A stretch of 64,000 nucleotides of DNA from Octopus sinensis (lineage: Eukaryota): contig NC_043004.1 of NCBI RefSeq assembly GCF_006345805.1, positions 50,282,001 to 50,346,000 of the forward strand, read 5' to 3'. Position 1 is the first letter of the stretch, and each line of letters starts with the position of its first letter. The notes beneath the pieces are model-generated. The model searched no databases. It saw only the letters and a list, made by a program, of their open reading frames with translations, and was not told where the DNA came from. Positions 62,472-64,000 of the stretch are shown here, piece after piece. The position numbers and the translations under genes were made by a program.

Positions 62472-63800
62472 GGGCATACGGCCTATTCAAATGTCAAAAG
62501 AAACCGTGACAAATGGATCTTCAACTTCACCTGTGGCCTTCTCAGTGCCGTCGCACAGTCACCTGGATTCTGGATTGCTATTCTTCTATATGATGTAGGA
62601 ACTATGAGGAACTACATTGAGGCAAATATTCTCACTGGTTGTGGTAAACGTGACACCGTCTTCGTTCCTCACATACCAGTTATACCATCTAATGTCCCAT
62701 TCAAATTTAAGCCCTTACAGTTTCTTTTGCCATGAACATTAATAAAAGTCAGGGCCAAACACTAAAAGTTGCTGGAATGCAACTTGAAGAACAAACAGAA
62801 GTTCATATATGAAATCCATCTTTTTTCTACTTCAATTATGACATGTTTTACTCTTATATAATACACATGTAAGGAATATGTGAATATCTCCTCTTGCACT
62901 TTTGGGGTGCAAGTTGGTGCAATCACTTTCCGTTGCTTTTATATCCAGACTCTACCAGTCAAAGAAACACAAAACGCAGACGTAAAAAATAGATATACTT
63001 TATTGTTTTATACCGGTGAGAAATCAGTGGTATATCTGATGTCCTTGGTTCTGGGCGCGCAAGGCTGAAAGTTAATCGATTGTAATATTTACAATGTTCA
63101 GCCGCTAAAAACAGAACGGGTCAAAATGGCGTCCGGAGGAAGAAGATGATTTTGACTGCAACAATTCAGGTTAAAAGTCCTCAGCCAAAAGACTGCTGCT
63201 ATCAAAACCGGAGAGAGAGCGAATTAAACGTCTGCTTCTATGAAAAGCCTGCCGCTGTCTGCCGCCGTCTCCGGACGCTAATGGTCAACGCTTTACGCTC
63301 CTTGCCTCTTTGTTAAGGCTCACGCTCCCTTGCCTCTATAAGCTAAGGCCACGTCAGCAAAATTCCCTCCTCCGGACTTCGTGTATTCGCGAGAGAGCGT
63401 TGCGCGCGCGCGCTGTTGTATAGGATCACTACACACACATACAGGACGAGTAAACCTAAATCTGTAGTCGTAGTCTCAACCTGGTTCAGATTCGAAACTG
63501 AATCTTTCAGTTCTCCTTGGGCATACGGCCTATTCAAATGTCAAAAGAAACCGTGACAAATGGATCTTCAACTTCACCTGTGGCCTTCTCAGTGCCGTCG
63601 CACAGTCACCTGGATTCTGGATTGCTATTCTTCTATATGATGTAGTTATTCATTCACGCTCAAACTGAATCTTTCAGTTCTCCTTTGGCATACCGCCTAT
63701 TCAAGGAACAGTGATAAATTGATGTCCCACTTGACCTGCAGCCTTTTCAGTGCCATCGAAGTCACCTGGATTCTGTAAAGCTATTCTTCTATATGATATT
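62472..63800 (+). repeat. Triplicated ~130-bp module at 62472-62598, 63519-63645 and (diverged) 63661-63800
   Basis: ggcatac.gcctattcaa...cagtgcc.tcg..gtcacctggattctg...gctattcttctatatgat. Confidence 0.85.
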
Positions 63801-63844
63801 TTTCTAGCTTCTCGGTCCGAGAAACAGTAAAAGTAATTACCCGA

Positions 63845-64000
63845 TTGGCTGTGGTAAGAAGCTTGCTTACTAACCATATGCTTCCGGGTTCAGCTTCACT
63901 GCGTGGCACCTTGGGTAAGTGTCTTCTACTATAGCTTCGGGCCGACCAAAGCCCTTGTGAATGGATTTAGTAGACGGAAACTGGAAGAATCCTGTCGTGT
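63845..64000 (+). mobile_element. SINE family A 5' half, runs off the window
   Basis: Family A head consensus match. Confidence 0.8.

Overview
AT-rich, microsatellite-dense eukaryotic DNA made almost entirely of nested transposable elements. The repeat families suggest a cephalopod (Octopus-like) genome; this is an inference. No intact host gene is visible, only a few candidate exons. The window holds a decayed autonomous Helitron plus several non-autonomous Helitrons, an internally deleted LTR retrotransposon with intact TSD, several solo LTRs, mariner, maT (DD37D) and Chapaev3-like remnants, a full-length 2.8-kb SPIN-like hAT with perfect TIRs and 8-bp TSD, RTE and CR1 LINE 3' ends, and more than 20 tRNA-derived SINE copies. 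Two observations stand out. First, type I hammerhead-ribozyme motifs sit inside fold-back (inverted-repeat) non-coding elements at about 31.1 kb, 36.7 kb and 12.1 kb. Second, two divergent retroposons each encode only a CCHC zinc-knuckle ORF1-like protein and are bounded by 15-17 bp TSDs (15.7-18.2 kb and 25.0-26.7 kb). Most ORFs in the supplied track are microsatellite artefacts.
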